From positions 32,001 through 96,000 of the forward strand of contig CAXXJS010000037.1 of NCBI GenBank assembly GCA_963662665.2: DNA of 64,000 bases, written 5' to 3'. Shown piece after piece: positions 18,505 through 27,915 of this stretch. A program made the position numbers and the translations under genes. Numbering within the stretch: the first letter of the stretch is position 1; every line of letters begins with the position of its first letter. Below the pieces are notes generated by a model. The model ran no database searches and was not told where the DNA came from. It saw only the letters and a list, made by a program, of their open reading frames with translations. This stretch comes from Candidatus Latescibacterota bacterium (GTDB lineage Bacteria > Latescibacterota > UBA2968 > GCA-2709665).

Positions 18505-21275
18505 TGACAGCTTCCAAACCATCGCCGCTGAGCCCCAATCGCAGGATAAGGAAGTTCAACCCCGGCACGCATCAATCTGACGAAGAGATTGTCGAGCAGT
18601 TTGTCGTTCGCAAACGCGAACTGGATGCCGTACTCGAGGTTCTCCGTGAAAACGTGAATTCACCCTCCTGCCAGCACATAATGATCGTTGGCCCTCGCGG
18701 TCGGGGAAAAACCATTCTCCTGGTTCGGGTCGCCGCGGAGTTGCGGACCGACAAGCAACTCTCAGAAAGCCTGTTTCCAGTCCGGTTCATGGAAGAGAGC
18801 CAGGAGATCTTCAATCTGGCCGACTTCTGGCTCGAGGCGCTGTTTCATCTCGCAAGGGAGACCGAGGAGCAGAATCCTGTCCTTTCGCGGAATCTGCGTG
18901 AAACGCATGGCGACCTTTCCTCGCGGTGGCGTGAACAGTCGCTCGAAGCGCTCGCCCGAGCCGCGGTTCTGGAAGCGGCGGACCGGCTGGACCGAAAACT
19001 CGTGCTTATGGTTGAGAACCTGCAATCGCTATGCGAAAACGTGGATGACAACTTCGGCTGGAAGCTTAGAGAGGCACTTCAGTCCGAACCTCAGGTCATG
19101 CTGCTTGCGTCCGCAACAAGTCGATTCGAGGGTCTTGACGACGTGGAGCAGCCCTTTTTCGAACTGTTTCGAAACATCAACTTGCAACCGCTGGACACAG
19201 ATGAGTGTCGCCGCCTGTGGCTGGTCGTGAGCGGAGATAAAGTGAGTTCGCGGGAGATCAGGCCGATCCAGATCCTGACCGGCGGAAACCCGCGCCTTCT
19301 GGTCATCGTCGCGGAGTTTGCGAGACACCGCTCCCTGCGCAGGCTGATGGAAGAACTGGTAACGCTGATCGACGAGCACACGGAGTATTTTCGCGGACAT
19401 CTGGAGGTCTTGGCGAAGACTGAGCGACGGGTGTACGTCTCGGTGATAGACCTCTGGAAGCCGTCGAGTCCCGGCGAAATCGCGGCGCGCGCTCGTACAG
19501 ACGTGCGCATCGTATCGACGATGCTGGGGAGATTGGTCGAGCGGGGGGCTGTCACCGTGGAAGGCCGGGGACGAAAGAGACTATATGCCCCCGCGGAACC
19601 TCTCTACAGCATCTATTACAAGCTGCGGCGCGAGCGCGATGCGGCGGCCGTCGTGGAGAATCTGATACACTTTATGGTGGCGTTCTACGACATTGGCGAG
19701 TTGGACGGAATTCGTGAACAGTTATATTCCGAGGCAATCGGTTCAGATATCATCCGCGCCGGATTAGACCGCGCGCTAGCGAAAATTCCACCTGCCAACG
19801 ACAGTTACACGAAAAAAAAGTGGGATTTCGTCAAAGACGCTGCGGTTAAGGTTGAAGTCTATCATCAAGGAGTGGCTGAAAGACGGCTTGACAAAGATAT
19901 CGAGGACGCGTTTCAGGTACATGCGTGGCAGAAAGTCATCGGAATCATCGATGAGGTGTTCACGTCCAGGAACATGGAATCTCGGAAATTGTCAGAAGCA
20001 TTCATTGCCCGAATTATGCATGCGAAGGCCTTTGCGTACGAGCAACTTCGAGATTTTCACGCGGTGATCACAGCGTGCGACGAGCTGGTCAAGCGCTTTG
20101 GCGAAAGCAGTAAGCCGGAAACTCAGACGAGGGTCGCTGCTGCGTTGTTGGATAAGGGCAGAGCGAAACAACAGATGAATGATCTGGAGGGAGCCACGTC
20201 AATCTACGATGAGGTCGTTGAGCGCGGTAGGGAAGGCGACATATCAAGTCTTCTGTGGTTGGCCGTCGCTGCATTACATTACACGGGAGAAGCCAGAAGG
20301 GAACAGGGTGATCTGAGGGGAGCCATTGTGGCGTTCGACGAAGTGGTCGAACTCTATAGCGAAAACAAACCACCAGATCTTCAGTTCTGGGTTGCAGCGT
20401 CGTTGGTTCGCAAAGCAGAAGCATTCAAGGAACAGGGCGATTTTGAGGAGGCCCTTTCGTTATGCGAGGAAGCAGTCAGGCGATTTGGCGAAAGCGTCGC
20501 GCCGGATGTTCAAAGCTGGATTGCCGGGGCACTGATCGATAAGGGAAGATTGAGAAAGGATCAGGGCCATCTGGAGAAAGCCCTTGTAAACTTCCAGGAT
20601 GTGGTCGAGCGTTACGGCGACGACGATGAGCCTGAACTCCGGAGGTATGTCGCTGGGGCGTTGATCGACATTGGAAGAACGAAAGAGGAACTGGGTGATC
20701 TTGTAGGAGCTATGGCATCATGGGATGAGATGGTCTCGCGCTATGGCAATAGCGACGAGACCATTGTTCAAAGGCTTGTCACCGGTGCGTTGCTGGAAAA
20801 GGGCCGATGTCAGTCCGAAATGGGACATGCAGATGAAGCGCTACTGTTGTGTAAGGACCTCGAAAAAAGGGTTCGTGCTCTGGCCGGAAATGGAAATTGC
20901 CAATTCGCGTGGCAGATTTTGTGTATACGAACTCTGGCGCTGGCGGTCCGAGATGAGAATGTAGCTGCTATGAATGTGTTTTGCTCGGTGTATGCCTCAT
21001 TGCCTTCTGACAGCGAAGTTGGAATGAACTGGATGATAAGGCTCGTGCCCAACCTGCTCGCAGCCGGGGCCTCAGAACAGGAGCTCGTTGCAGTTCTTCT
21101 GACCGATCCCTCGAAATCCAGTACGCTGGCGCCTCTTGTCGTCGCGCTTCGCGAACGGCAGGGCGAGAGGGTTTATGCACCAGCGGAGGTTCGCGAGGTC
21201 GCTGCGGATGTGCGCAAGCTAATCGTCGACCGTGTGAAGAGTCGGGCGAATGCGACAGCAGATTCTCCGGCTTGA
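18504..21275 (+). CDS. STAND-like ATPase + winged-helix + TPR-like repeat protein, 923 aa
   Basis: FVVRKREL, Walker A GPRGRGKT, variant Walker B LMVEN, TGGNPR, wHTH-like SPGEIAARARTDVRIVSTMLGRLVERG, about 7 repeats with a 43-aa period; TAATG overlap with the upstream gene. Confidence 0.85.
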   Translation: MTASKPSPLSPNRRIRKFNPGTHQSDEEIVEQFVVRKRELDAVLEVLRENVNSPSCQHIMIVGPRGRGKTILLVRVAAELRTDKQLSESLFPVRFMEESQEIFNLADFWLEALFHLARETEEQNPVLSRNLRETHGDLSSRWREQSLEALARAAVLEAADRLDRKLVLMVENLQSLCENVDDNFGWKLREALQSEPQVMLLASATSRFEGLDDVEQPFFELFRNINLQPLDTDECRRLWLVVSGDKVSSREIRPIQILTGGNPRLLVIVAEFARHRSLRRLMEELVTLIDEHTEYFRGHLEVLAKTERRVYVSVIDLWKPSSPGEIAARARTDVRIVSTMLGRLVERGAVTVEGRGRKRLYAPAEPLYSIYYKLRRERDAAAVVENLIHFMVAFYDIGELDGIREQLYSEAIGSDIIRAGLDRALAKIPPANDSYTKKKWDFVKDAAVKVEVYHQGVAERRLDKDIEDAFQVHAWQKVIGIIDEVFTSRNMESRKLSEAFIARIMHAKAFAYEQLRDFHAVITACDELVKRFGESSKPETQTRVAAALLDKGRAKQQMNDLEGATSIYDEVVERGREGDISSLLWLAVAALHYTGEARREQGDLRGAIVAFDEVVELYSENKPPDLQFWVAASLVRKAEAFKEQGDFEEALSLCEEAVRRFGESVAPDVQSWIAGALIDKGRLRKDQGHLEKALVNFQDVVERYGDDDEPELRRYVAGALIDIGRTKEELGDLVGAMASWDEMVSRYGNSDETIVQRLVTGALLEKGRCQSEMGHADEALLLCKDLEKRVRALAGNGNCQFAWQILCIRTLALAVRDENVAAMNVFCSVYASLPSDSEVGMNWMIRLVPNLLAAGASEQELVAVLLTDPSKSSTLAPLVVALRERQGERVYAPAEVREVAADVRKLIVDRVKSRANATADSPA

Positions 21276-21642
21276 GCAACTTCAGCACGGGCAACTGATT
21301 TCGGTTTGTCTACGCCCAATGGGGTTGACAGTTGTGGATTTATGCAATAGATTTCGGATATGAATATCCGTTGTGACGCGAAGCGAGGCATTCGAAGTGG
21401 ATTATTCACGAAAGCCAGTGCTTTTTGTTGAATAATTGGCTGTTTTTCGACAATGAACCGGCAGTTCTTGCAGCTGTGGGATCGAGTTGGTCGTCGCTGT
21501 GTCGCGCGGTAAATGGTCGAAGGTTCATTGCCGTCGTTCATATCCGGGAGCACTATTCCCGCATTTGGTCTTTATCCTGTTTATCCTGTCCATCCATGTA
21601 AGGTCTGTATTCTGAATTTAACGGTGTTTAAGGAGTGTCGGT

Positions 21643-22725
21643 ATGCGGAAGATAATCCTCCCGGCCGTCTGCGGGGCGCTGGTTTCAATCGGACCGGCCC
21701 TTGCCGATGAACTGACCACGGACAACGGGAAGCGCGCTATTGCCAATCCGAAGGCGCGGCAGCTAAGTGTCCTGGATGCGGGCAAGAGTTCACTACAGAA
21801 GCCCACGCCGATGTCGGGGGAAGGGACGTTGAAGGGATACGGGCTTTCGCTGGAACACGTTCCCTCCAGGTACGAAATGGTAAACGGTCGCGCGTTGAGC
21901 GGGAACCCGCTGGAAGCCGGGGACGGCAAACGGCCGCTGCCCTTGCCGACATCGGATTTCGGGGACGGAAGATCCAACGGAAGACTGACGAGGGGATTGA
22001 ACATAACCGGGGGCCGGAACGCGTTTGCCACGCTCAGGCTGGAAAAGGTTGAAGACTCGAGCGCAGACAACGGGCTCCTGAAACTCCACGTCTCACTGGC
22101 CCGCGTGAAGGACCTGAAAGGGTACGGGTTTTCACTGCACTACGACCCGACGAAGTACGAGCTGATGGATGCCACGGAATTGGAAGAGAACCTGCTCAAA
22201 TCCGGCTTGGGGCGGCAGACGCTGTTCGTATCGGCAAACCACACACCGGGCAGGCTGGATGTGGGCGCGGTGAAGGTGGATGGTCAGGCGGTCAGCGGCG
22301 ACGGAAGGCTTGTAGAACTCACCTTTAAGACAGTCGGTACGCCAGCTTCCGGCGATTTCAGAATTTCGGAGGGTGTGCTGGTCGGCCTCGATGGCGCCAT
22401 CGACCGGCTGGCGAATGTTGATTTCGCCCGCCTGACGCCACAACCCGGCAAATATAGCCTGGACCAGAATATGCCGAATCCGTTCAACCCCTCCACCGTT
22501 ATCGGATACACCCTTCCCGAGGCCGGCCCGGTACGGCTGGCCATCTACAACCTTCTGGGCCAGGAGGTCCGCGTTCTGGTCGACCGTCATATGGAGGCAG
22601 GTTCCTTCTCGGCGACCTGGAATGGGAAGGACGAAATGGAGCGGCCGGTGTCCAGCGGAATCTATCTCTATCGGATACAGGCCGCCGATTTTACGGCGTC
22701 CAAACGGATGATGTTCCTGAAATGA
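21643..22725 (+). CDS. Secreted protein with cohesin-like domain and C-terminal FlgD-Ig/T9SS-CTD-like domain
   Basis: Signal peptide; DLKGYGFSLHYDPTKYEL..VSGDGRLVELTFK; C-terminal LDQNMPNPFNPSTVIGY..AIYNLLGQEVR..WNGKDE..SSGIYLYRI..KRMMFLK. Confidence 0.75.
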   Translation: MRKIILPAVCGALVSIGPALADELTTDNGKRAIANPKARQLSVLDAGKSSLQKPTPMSGEGTLKGYGLSLEHVPSRYEMVNGRALSGNPLEAGDGKRPLPLPTSDFGDGRSNGRLTRGLNITGGRNAFATLRLEKVEDSSADNGLLKLHVSLARVKDLKGYGFSLHYDPTKYELMDATELEENLLKSGLGRQTLFVSANHTPGRLDVGAVKVDGQAVSGDGRLVELTFKTVGTPASGDFRISEGVLVGLDGAIDRLANVDFARLTPQPGKYSLDQNMPNPFNPSTVIGYTLPEAGPVRLAIYNLLGQEVRVLVDRHMEAGSFSATWNGKDEMERPVSSGIYLYRIQAADFTASKRMMFLK

Positions 22726-22751
22726 ACCAGGCTGGACGTCGCAGCGGGATA

Positions 22752-22783
22752 GAAGGGCCGCCCCGAACGTGAGGCGGCCCTTT
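22752..22783 (+). terminator. putative intrinsic terminator
   Basis: AAGGGCCGCC/GGCGGCCCTT stem followed by a short T-run. Confidence 0.55.
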
Positions 22784-22819
22784 CCATTCCAGTCGATCAC
22801 CCAATGGAAGGAAGGAAAC

Positions 22820-23725
22820 ATGCCCCGATTTTGCGCAATCGCCCTGGCGGCCCTTACTGCGCTCGGATTCGTCCAGAAGGTTGTCGCGGAGACGCCGGAC
22901 TTCTACGCGCACTGGGCGGACGGCAAGGCGGAGATCTCCAGCTATCGCGTGGCGCAGCCTCGTTACGGAGAGTCACGCGAGGGATACGGCGTCCTCATTT
23001 TCGTCACCGAAGACGTGAATCGAAATACCTACATTAAAGTCGAGTCGCCAACGCCACCGGACGAGAAGGTCTACGTTCTCAAACTGAACAACGTGTTGAA
23101 GTTCACCACCGGCATCTACGACTATTCGGTAATGACATCCGTCTTCAGCGCCGTTGAGGGTCTGGACGGTTCAAACCCGTTTGAACTGATGAAAGTGAAT
23201 CTGAGTTCGCAGGAGTGGTGCGGACATATTTTCGATGAAATTCGCGTGAATGGAGGCAAACTGCGCGGCACCCTGAACAGTTACTTCGAACGCGAAGGCC
23301 TGCGTACATACAGTCTGGACAAGCCCGAAGGCTTTCAGAGCGAAGACCATCTTCTCATACAAATCCGGGAGCTCAAAGGACCCATGATGCAGACGGGCGA
23401 ATCGCGGCCGGTCCGGCTTCTGCGCAGCCTCTGGTCATTCCGGACGCGCCACCGTCCCCACGCCCTGGTGGACGCACGGTTGAGCAAAGGACTGCCTGAG
23501 ACGATCACCGTGTCGAACGAGAGCCACAACGCCATTCCATGGCGCTGGGAAACAGACGGGTGGAACACAACCGTGTGGGTGGAAACGGCGTACCCTCGCC
23601 GCATTCTGAAATGGGAGGACACGTTGGGCGGCAGTGCGGAACTGATGGTGACCGTACGCGAACCCTATTGGCAGCAGAAAGCATCGCGGGACGAAATCTA
23701 CCGGCAGCGGCTGGGGATACCCTGA
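22820..23725 (+). CDS. Conserved hypothetical secreted protein
   Basis: Signal peptide; FYAHWADGKAEISSY..RYGE.R.G..VLIFVTED, KLN..KFTTGIYDYS, SSQEWCG; RBS AAGGA. Confidence 0.7.
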   Translation: MPRFCAIALAALTALGFVQKVVAETPDFYAHWADGKAEISSYRVAQPRYGESREGYGVLIFVTEDVNRNTYIKVESPTPPDEKVYVLKLNNVLKFTTGIYDYSVMTSVFSAVEGLDGSNPFELMKVNLSSQEWCGHIFDEIRVNGGKLRGTLNSYFEREGLRTYSLDKPEGFQSEDHLLIQIRELKGPMMQTGESRPVRLLRSLWSFRTRHRPHALVDARLSKGLPETITVSNESHNAIPWRWETDGWNTTVWVETAYPRRILKWEDTLGGSAELMVTVREPYWQQKASRDEIYRQRLGIP

Positions 23726-23747
23726 AATATAAATTGGAGGACCGAGA

Positions 23748-24497
23748 GTGACGACAATCGAAAAGGCGCGAGAAGCCATAGAACAGAGCGACATCGGGAG
23801 GCTGGAGGGTTTAATCACATCCTTTCCCGATCTGCCCAATCTCAGATCGGGAGACAACGATCGCACGCTTCTGCATACCATCGCAGATTACCCCGGGCAC
23901 AAACCGAAGGGCGTGGAAATGGCCAGACTGGTCATCGACGCGGGAGGCGACGTTAACGGGCGTTTTCAACACGGGGAGGTTGAATCGGTAAAGGAGACGC
24001 CATTGCACTGGGCAGCCAGCAACGATGACGTCGATCTGGCGGACCTCCTGCTCGACGCTGACGCGGACATAGATATCGATTGCGGCGTCATCGCGAATGG
24101 GACGCCGATATGGAATGCCGTTATTTTTCGATGTGTGAACGCCGCACGGCTGTTGATCGACCGTGGCGCGGCATCGAACCTCATGACGGCCGCCGGCGCA
24201 GGGCGACGGGACCTCGTGGATCGGTTCTTTGACGACGACGGAAACGTGACGGAAAACGCCGGGGCCCTGCCATGCTGGGATGAACCGAGGCCGCCGCAGA
24301 CGGCCCTGGACAGCGCTTTCGGCCTGGCGTGTCGAAACGGCCATACGACGATCGCCAAAATTCTTTACGAACGGGGCGCCGATCCGGATTGGGTCAACCC
24401 GGCCGGCGAATCCGCGTTTCTTCAGGCACGGAGAGGCAATCACAGGATCGTCATGGACTGGATGAAGGCGCGCGGCCTCGCACCGGATGACGCTTGA
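23748..24497 (+). CDS. Ankyrin repeat protein
   Basis: RTLLH, ETPLHWAASNDD..LLLDADADID, ACRNGH..LYERGADP; GTG start after GGAGG. Confidence 0.88.
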   Translation: MTTIEKAREAIEQSDIGRLEGLITSFPDLPNLRSGDNDRTLLHTIADYPGHKPKGVEMARLVIDAGGDVNGRFQHGEVESVKETPLHWAASNDDVDLADLLLDADADIDIDCGVIANGTPIWNAVIFRCVNAARLLIDRGAASNLMTAAGAGRRDLVDRFFDDDGNVTENAGALPCWDEPRPPQTALDSAFGLACRNGHTTIAKILYERGADPDWVNPAGESAFLQARRGNHRIVMDWMKARGLAPDDA

Positions 24498-25077
24498 CGT
24501 GAATCCGGACGCATCTTCTCTCGTAATTCTGGGTAGTGAATCGCAGGGCGGGTCGTATATATTGAGGATTCGCCTGGCGGAGCCTACCCCGCTCTCGTTC
24601 GGCGGATTCAAGCGCGGAAAGATCATATCGCTGCCTGCGGGAGAGTACGTCTACGTCGGGTCGGCGACGTCGAAGAAAGGCGCCGCGTCGCTGGCCAACC
24701 GCCTGGTCCGCCATGCCACCCGAAGCGGCAGGAAGGAACCTCACGGAATCCGGTGCGAATTACTCCGGCGATTCAACCCCATCGGTCTGGGAAACGAAAA
24801 CCTCGAGCCAGCAACCCAAAAGAACCTGCACTGGAATATCGACTATCTGCTGGACCTGCCGGCTGCCGAGCTGACCGGCGCCTGCATCCTTCGAACTCCG
24901 GAGTATCTCGAAGAACGTCTGGGTAAATTCCTGGAGCGCGATCCCCAAACCATCGTTGTTGAAAAAGGCCTGGGCGCAAACGATGCGCCCGGCAACACCC
25001 ACGTTCTACGCCTCGCGGCCGGAGAGGCGTGGTGGACGTCCCTTCCTGAACGGCTCAGAGGCCATTTTAGCATTTAA
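24487..25077 (+). CDS. DUF123 / GIY-YIG (Uri superfamily) nuclease-like protein
   Basis: GGSYILRI, GEYVYVGSA, RLVRH, LHWNIDYLL, GLGAND. Confidence 0.75.
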   Translation: MTLDVNPDASSLVILGSESQGGSYILRIRLAEPTPLSFGGFKRGKIISLPAGEYVYVGSATSKKGAASLANRLVRHATRSGRKEPHGIRCELLRRFNPIGLGNENLEPATQKNLHWNIDYLLDLPAAELTGACILRTPEYLEERLGKFLERDPQTIVVEKGLGANDAPGNTHVLRLAAGEAWWTSLPERLRGHFSI

Positions 25078-26107
25078 ACCCCGCACCGCCCTCCCCCGAG
25101 ACTTCCTCAAACCGTTGCAGCACCTGGTCGGGTGACGCGGTGCCCGTCGTACCGATCTGCTGGATGGTGATGGACGACACCAGAACGCCGACCCGTGCGG
25201 CATCGACGTACGAGGCACCCGCGCAAAGCGCCGAGACAATCCCCGCGGAAACGCTGTCCCCCGCGCCCACAATATCGATGGGATCGGGCACCGGGATACC
25301 GGGAACCTGGTCTGTTGCCTCGCCGTCGGCGCAGAGGATACCCTCGGGACCAAGTGTAACGTAGACGGGCCGCCCGGTGCGCTCCAGGAAAGACCGAACG
25401 GCGGCGTTCAGACACGTCGCCCCTTCCGTCCCGGAATCCCGGGAAGCCGCCTCGAACGCCTCTTCGCGGTTGACCTTGACAATCACATTGCGGAAAAGGC
25501 CGATGTGCGAACGGGAATCGGCAAGAAACACGACGTCGGGATTCTCAGCGGCGAGCCGCGCGATACCCGCCCGTACGTGATCCGTGATGACGCCGCAATT
25601 ACGTTCCTGGACCTGGTCGAGTACAATCACACCGTGAACCTCGCCCGACAGATTCTCCATGGCGGCGAGGATATGGTCTTCAACGTCTCGCGGGAGTGGC
25701 GCACGATTCTTAATATCCAATCGTTCCATCTCCTGACCGGTCGTGCTGAGAACAGGTTTTGTATAAGTTGGCGTAACGCGGTCCGAAACCTCAATCAGAT
25801 GCTCCGTTCCCACGCCCGTCGCACGAAGGCCGACCTTCAGATCGTATCCCTCTCCATCTTTGCCAATCGCCCCGAGCGCACGGATTTGCCCCACGCCCAG
25901 GGCATTCAGGTTGCCGGTCACCGTTCCCGCCGCACCCGGCCGGTTTCGGACCTGTACGACCTGCCGGGCCTCCATCCCGGTCTCCAGAGATCGTTCAGCG
26001 AGGCCAGGATCGACTATGAGATAGCGATCCAGGAAAAAGTCCCCGACAACCAGGATAACAAGGTCCGAAAACCTTCCCAGCAGATTTTGAAGATCGGAAT
26101 GGGTCAT
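25067..26107 (-). CDS. PfkB family carbohydrate kinase (RfaE/HldE kinase-like)
   Basis: LVVGDFFLDRY, PGAAG, VTLGPEG, DIVGAGDS. Confidence 0.88.
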   Translation of the reverse strand: MTHSDLQNLLGRFSDLVILVVGDFFLDRYLIVDPGLAERSLETGMEARQVVQVRNRPGAAGTVTGNLNALGVGQIRALGAIGKDGEGYDLKVGLRATGVGTEHLIEVSDRVTPTYTKPVLSTTGQEMERLDIKNRAPLPRDVEDHILAAMENLSGEVHGVIVLDQVQERNCGVITDHVRAGIARLAAENPDVVFLADSRSHIGLFRNVIVKVNREEAFEAASRDSGTEGATCLNAAVRSFLERTGRPVYVTLGPEGILCADGEATDQVPGIPVPDPIDIVGAGDSVSAGIVSALCAGASYVDAARVGVLVSSITIQQIGTTGTASPDQVLQRFEEVSGEGGAGFKC

Positions 26108-26149
26108 GGAGAAATCGGGCCACCCCGGATTGCGGGCGGCGACCGGATT

Positions 26150-26962
26150 TTACGTATTCAGGAGAAAGTCCACGAGTAACTCCTGACGCCGAAAATCCGG
26201 TACTATCAGATCCGCTCCCGCTTGAATCAGACGTTCGCGTTTCCAGGCATTCACGCCCCGCCGGCGAGCCTCATCCGACGCGACGCCCACGGCCGTACCG
26301 CCCGCCGACTTGACGTTCTCAATTTCCACGTATCCATCGCCAAAGCCCAGCAACTCCCCGCCCTCGATCTCCTGCGAGGCGATAAGATCCCGGATTACCC
26401 GTTCTTTGGAGAAGTCCTGATATTGGTCCAGTGCGCCGTAGATACGTTCTTCAAAGAAGGGCGTCAGCCCCAGCAGGGCGGCCTCTTCTTTAACGTACAT
26501 CTCGTCTGTACCACTTGCCAGATAAAGCGTAAGTCCACGGCGTTGCAGGTTGCGAAGAAGATCCAACGACTTCGGCACCATCAGTTCTTCCGCGTTGACC
26601 GCTCTGGAACGGAGGCTTTGAACGCGATCCCGTATATGACCATTGAGCCGTTCGTGATAGCTGTGTTTGTAGGCGACCGGATCCGGTGGCGTCCCTCCGC
26701 GTTTTCGCACTTCCTCGGCAAGCTGGATCATCTGGTAGATGGTCTGTTTTCCGGTAAGCCGGTCGACAAAGTCAGCTACAACATGTTCAAGTTGGGTTTC
26801 GGTTTCGCCGGTCTTGCACTCGCCAAGCGTTTCAACCATCATCGGCACCATGATTTCCCGCCAGCCCTGGCGAATCAGCGAGAGGGTTCCGTCGAAATCG
26901 AAAAGCACCGAGCGGAAACGACCCCGGGTCATTCCGTGGTTCACGCATTCTATTTCAGCCAT
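26150..26962 (-). CDS. HAD superfamily hydrolase
   Basis: LFDFDGTL, LASGT, GFGDGYVE. Confidence 0.88.
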   Translation of the reverse strand: MAEIECVNHGMTRGRFRSVLFDFDGTLSLIRQGWREIMVPMMVETLGECKTGETETQLEHVVADFVDRLTGKQTIYQMIQLAEEVRKRGGTPPDPVAYKHSYHERLNGHIRDRVQSLRSRAVNAEELMVPKSLDLLRNLQRRGLTLYLASGTDEMYVKEEAALLGLTPFFEERIYGALDQYQDFSKERVIRDLIASQEIEGGELLGFGDGYVEIENVKSAGGTAVGVASDEARRRGVNAWKRERLIQAGADLIVPDFRRQELLVDFLLNT

Positions 26963-27210
26963 TCGCAGGCAATCGGAGCTATTTGGAGCGACCACTGATT
27001 ACCTCATTTTCGAGAAAAACCGAACATTTGTCCGGCTGCACCGCGCAATCTAATTGTGCAACTGAAATTGTCAAGACGTTTAACCTTTCTGAACCATATG
27101 GTTTTGGATTTAAATCTGCTTGTGAAATTTTAATTCTACATTATCTTAATATTGTATCTGTTTTGTCATCGATAGTGAGGGAGGCTGAACGGACGTTTCA
27201 GGGTCCGGAT

Positions 27211-27879
27211 ATGGATCGGCGAGTTGTGCAGCGTTCAACCACCCGTAAGGGTGAATTGCAGCTTGCGTCCGTTCAAGACGGCACGGTCACCCATTTCGAA
27301 CTCATTGTCAACGATGTCTTCCTGATGGCAACGTACAATGCCTCGTCCAACCGGGCATTGGCGGACACCGTTATGGAAACATCGAAGTCCCGCAAGCACA
27401 TCAACCTTCTCATTGGCGGGTTGGGGTTGGGAATCTCGCTTCGGCAGGCGCTCGGCTATTCCAACGTGGATTCCGTGTGTGTCGTGGAACTGGAATCGCG
27501 GATTGTAAACTGGAATCGCGAATACCTGGGCAATACCGATATTCTGGACGATGCCCGCACAGAAGTGGTGGTGGGCGATTTTTTCGATTACATTCAGGGG
27601 AATCCCCGAAGCTATCACGGCATCGCATTGGATATCGACAATGGTCCCGACCGGGTCGTGCATTCGGAAAATCGCCGCGCGTATAGCGTTTCCGCACTGC
27701 ATACGCTCAGGACACGGTTGCGTCCCGGTGGAACCCTTGCGATCTGGAGCCACGCCGTCAACAGTTCGTATGAACGCGCGCTGGAGAGAGTCTTCGGGGG
27801 GATGACTAGACGGCAAACGTGCGACCACAACCTGACCGGGAAACCGCTCGATAGTGTGATATACGCGGTTCGGGCCTGA
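27211..27879 (+). CDS. Spermidine-synthase-like SAM-dependent transferase
   Basis: LLIGGLGLG, VVELE, LDIDNGP, LRPGGTLAIWS. Confidence 0.8.
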   Translation: MDRRVVQRSTTRKGELQLASVQDGTVTHFELIVNDVFLMATYNASSNRALADTVMETSKSRKHINLLIGGLGLGISLRQALGYSNVDSVCVVELESRIVNWNREYLGNTDILDDARTEVVVGDFFDYIQGNPRSYHGIALDIDNGPDRVVHSENRRAYSVSALHTLRTRLRPGGTLAIWSHAVNSSYERALERVFGGMTRRQTCDHNLTGKPLDSVIYAVRA

Positions 27880-27915
27880 CCGGCTGGTAAAGACGACCTG
27901 AAAGGAATTGTCTGG

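Noticed and set aside
21570-21600. ATCCTGT 9-nt-period repeat
   Set aside because: Three degenerate units at a single locus; too little to interpret.
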